Source: an uncultured Clostridia bacterium (GTDB lineage Bacteria > Bacillota > Clostridia > Christensenellales > Borkfalkiaceae). Taken from it: DNA of 64,000 nt. Made by a program: the position numbers and the translations under genes. This document shows, one piece after another, positions 63,099-64,000 of this stretch. The notes beneath the pieces were generated by a model. That model searched no databases, was not told the DNA's origin, and saw only the letters and a program-made list of their open reading frames with translations. Location of the stretch: NCBI GenBank assembly GCA_947626005.1, contig CANQQM010000001.1:35496-99495 (forward strand), read 5' to 3'. How positions within the stretch are numbered: the stretch's first letter is position 1; each line of letters opens with the position of its first letter.

Positions 63099-64000
63099 GG
63101 TTTGCAAATTCGGCGGAACGTCCATGGCGGACGGGACGACCATGCTGCGCGTCAAGGCCATCCTCGAGAGCGACCCTTCGCGGCGGTACATCGTCGTCTC
63201 CGCCCCCGGGAAGCGCTACGGCGGGGACAGCAAGATCACCGACCTCCTCTATGAGACGACGCGCGACGTCGAAGAGACGGGAAAGGTGGGGGAGGCGTTC
63301 AAAAAGGCGGAGAGCCGCTTTTCCGGCATCGTGCACGAACTCGGCCTCTCCTTCGATATCGCCTCCCTCCTTCGGGAGGCGGAGGAGAGCATCGGACGGG
63401 AGAGCTACGGCGACTTCATCGTCTCCCGCGGCGAATACATCACGGGGCGCATCATGGCGGCGCTCCTTCAAATTCCCTTCATCGACGCGCGCGAAACGGT
63501 CAAATTCGGCGCGGACGGCCGCCTCGACGGGGAGCGCACCTACGCCCTTCTCCGTGCGGCGCTTGCGGGAAAGAAACGGGCGGTCGTTGCGGGATTTTAC
63601 GGGGAGGACGAAGAGGGCCGCGTCAAGACCTTTACCCGTGGGGGAAGCGACGTCTCGGGCGCCGTCGTTGCGCGTGCGGTCGGGGCGGATCTCTATGAAA
63701 ACTGGACGGACGTGAGCGGATTTCTTGCCTGCGATCCGCACATCGTGCCCTCTCCCGCACCCATTTCCGCCCTTTCCTACAAGGAGCTCCGCGAGCTCTC
63801 CTACATGGGCGCAAACGTGCTGCACAGCGAGTGCATCTTCCCCGTGCGGGAGGCGGATATCCCCATCTGCATCCGCAATACCTTCCGCCCCGAGGACGAG
63901 GGGACGATGATCGTTCCCACCTCCAAATATTCCTTTAACGACCGCATCGTCACCGGGATCGCGGGGAAGAAGAACTTCACCGTCATCTTCCTCGAAAAAT
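63091..64000 (+). CDS. aspartate kinase (5' part, runs off window)
   Basis: MIKVCKFGGTSMADG...YIVVSAPGK. The ATG overlaps the DUF1015 gene's 3' end by 8 nt. Frame is open to nt 64000. Confidence 0.88.
   Translation, partial: MIKVCKFGGTSMADGTTMLRVKAILESDPSRRYIVVSAPGKRYGGDSKITDLLYETTRDVEETGKVGEAFKKAESRFSGIVHELGLSFDIASLLREAEESIGRESYGDFIVSRGEYITGRIMAALLQIPFIDARETVKFGADGRLDGERTYALLRAALAGKKRAVVAGFYGEDEEGRVKTFTRGGSDVSGAVVARAVGADLYENWTDVSGFLACDPHIVPSPAPISALSYKELRELSYMGANVLHSECIFPVREADIPICIRNTFRPEDEGTMIVPTSKYSFNDRIVTGIAGKKNFTVIFLEK

Noticed and set aside
1-64000. Scan for CRISPR arrays, IS elements or transposases, integrases, prophage genes, tRNA or rRNA genes, and toxin-antitoxin pairs
   Set aside because: No direct-repeat/spacer arrays, no terminal inverted repeats flanking a transposase-like ORF, no recombinase motifs and no tRNA-like cloverleaf regions were seen. 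All intergenic gaps are 239 nt or shorter and are accounted for by promoters, terminators or leaders.

Overview
GC-rich window with strong G/C third-position bias, which is why long spurious antisense ORFs are common. Gene content points to a spore-forming, probably gut-associated Firmicute (Clostridia-like): spoIIR behind a sigma-F-type promoter, a bile-salt-hydrolase-like Ntn hydrolase and BspA-type LRR lipoproteins. All calls come from reading the supplied translations and the DNA by eye; no searches were run.

Most of the window is tightly packed core metabolism on the + strand:
- A PyrR-attenuated pyrimidine operon, pyrR-B-C-F-K-D-E (14.4-20.5 kb).
- A purine operon, purE-C-F-M-N, PurO-type IMP cyclohydrolase, AICARFT-only purH, purD, large purL (31.5-42.8 kb).
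- With no recognisable terminator, this runs on into fhs, mutY, tmk, rimM, trmD, rbgA, rnhB and yraN, up to 49.1 kb.
- A final block of trkH-trkA, Ntn hydrolase, comEC, holA, cdaA, DUF1015 and a partial aspartokinase.

Other genes:
- tex
- a P-type ATPase
- galM
- a minus-strand hybrid histidine kinase with an orphan solute-binding protein
- a ZIP transporter
- several proteins of unknown function

No rRNA, tRNA, CRISPR array, transposase or integrase was seen.

Things worth a second look:
1. A stand-alone ~1,865-aa gene (49315-54912) with its own terminator and promoter. It combines an unrecognised N-terminal module, a DUF4011-like segment, an Upf1-like SF1 helicase, a Vsr/DUF559-like nuclease and a DUF3320-like tail. 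This is a candidate single-gene (Hhe-like) defence island.
2. A zinc-ribbon / TIR-like / DUF6273-like protein at the left edge.
3. A rewired c-di-AMP synthase operon. CdaR is reduced to a 36-codon transmembrane micro-ORF, and glmM is replaced by DUF1015 plus a translationally coupled aspartokinase.
4. An unclassified terminator-containing leader in front of purE.
5. Three Shine-Dalgarno-less genes that each have a consensus -10 box 6-9 nt upstream of the ATG, suggesting leaderless mRNAs.
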